Positions 63,198 through 64,000 of a stretch of DNA of 64,000 bases are shown here, piece after piece. The DNA comes from Lama guanicoe (taxonomy: Eukaryota): assembly GCA_013239625.1 (NCBI GenBank), contig MU053881.1:372001-436000 (forward strand), written 5' to 3'. Below the pieces are notes generated by a model. The model was given only the letters and a program-made list of their open reading frames with translations. It did no database searches and was not told where the DNA came from. Position 1 is the first letter of the stretch; every line of letters starts with the position of its first letter. Position numbers and translations under genes: made by a program.

Positions 63198-63807
63198 GAA
63201 ACGATGAACAGACATACATGTAAATTTGAAAATACATATACAGTTAGAAAAAAAGAAAGAAATGAGCTATCAAGCCATGAAAGACATTGAGGAAACTTAA
63301 AAGACATATTACTAAATGAAAGAAGCCAGTTTGAAAAGGCTACAAACTGTGCAATTCCAACCAAATGACTTTCTGGAGAAGGCAAAGCTACAGAAACAAT
63401 AAAAAGATCATGATTTCCAGGGGTTTGGGGAAAGGGAGGGAGGGAGGAATGAATAGATGGAGCACAAGGGATTTTTAGGGCAATGAAATTATTCTGTTTG
63501 ATTCTGTTGTGGTTGCTACATGTCATATGCATTTGTCAAAACCCATAGAATGTACAACATCAAGAGTGAACCCTAATGTAAACTATGGACTTTGGCTGAT
63601 AATAACGTGTCCATGTCGGTTCATCAGTTGTACCAAATGCGCCACACTGATGAGGGATGTTGCGGACAGGGGAGTATAATATAAATGTGCGGGTGGGGAG
63701 GGCTGTGTGGGAACTCTATATTTTCTGCTCAGTTCTGCTGTGAACCTGAAACTGCTCTGAAAAAATAAAGTCTTATTAATTAAAGTAATTAATTAATTAA
63801 TTTTTTA
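63198..63807 (+). mobile_element. L1MC1-like 3' end with perfect 14-bp TSD
   Basis: Same 3'UTR motifs as the 59.8 kb copy; TSD aaaaacctaagatg at 63184-63197 and 63808-63821. Confidence 0.85.
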
Positions 63808-64000
63808 AAAAACCTAAGATGATTGACATTCTTCCATTAACCAGCACTTTTCGGGGAGGGGGGTGGGCATTTCAGTTTTCTGATTTACTTAATTGACTGC
63901 ATTTAGCACGTAGTTCTTTGTCTTATCATAAAAGACATAATCATTTCTTTGATGGAAAAAACAAATATATTGTGTTTACTTTGTTCCTGATTTGCTAGGT

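Noticed and set aside
50667..64000. RNF130 exon 2 or MIR340 within the window
   Set aside because: No segment encoding the expected continuation (VADHLGCDP...) was found; both should lie further downstream

Overview
Mammalian genomic DNA, probably camelid (two tRNA-derived SINEs match my recollection of the camelid vic-1 family). On the + strand it carries the complete coding region of RASGEF1C: 13 coding exons from 2646 to 34792, all introns GT-AG, summing to 1401 nt (466 aa plus stop). The non-coding first exon lies upstream of the window. After a ~14 kb repeat-rich intergenic stretch come the CpG-island promoter and first coding exon of RNF130 (Goliath PA-TM-RING E3 ligase, 50420-50666) and the start of its AT-rich intron 1. 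The rest is mostly interspersed repeats (L1, MIR, L2, MaLR LTRs, hAT and Tigger DNA transposons). Repeat names and orthologue comparisons come from memory, not from a database search, and repeat boundaries are approximate unless a TSD is given. I found no evidence for a wholly new gene or system. The best leads are: a young antisense L1 with an intact 672-codon ORF2 segment nested in an old sense L1, creating a long inverted pair just upstream of exon 13; a templated 105-bp copy ending within that L1's target-site sequence; a two-uORF layout and an altered N-terminus in RNF130; a strongly GC-shifted MIR; an intronic CTCF/CpG patch; and several recent local duplications.
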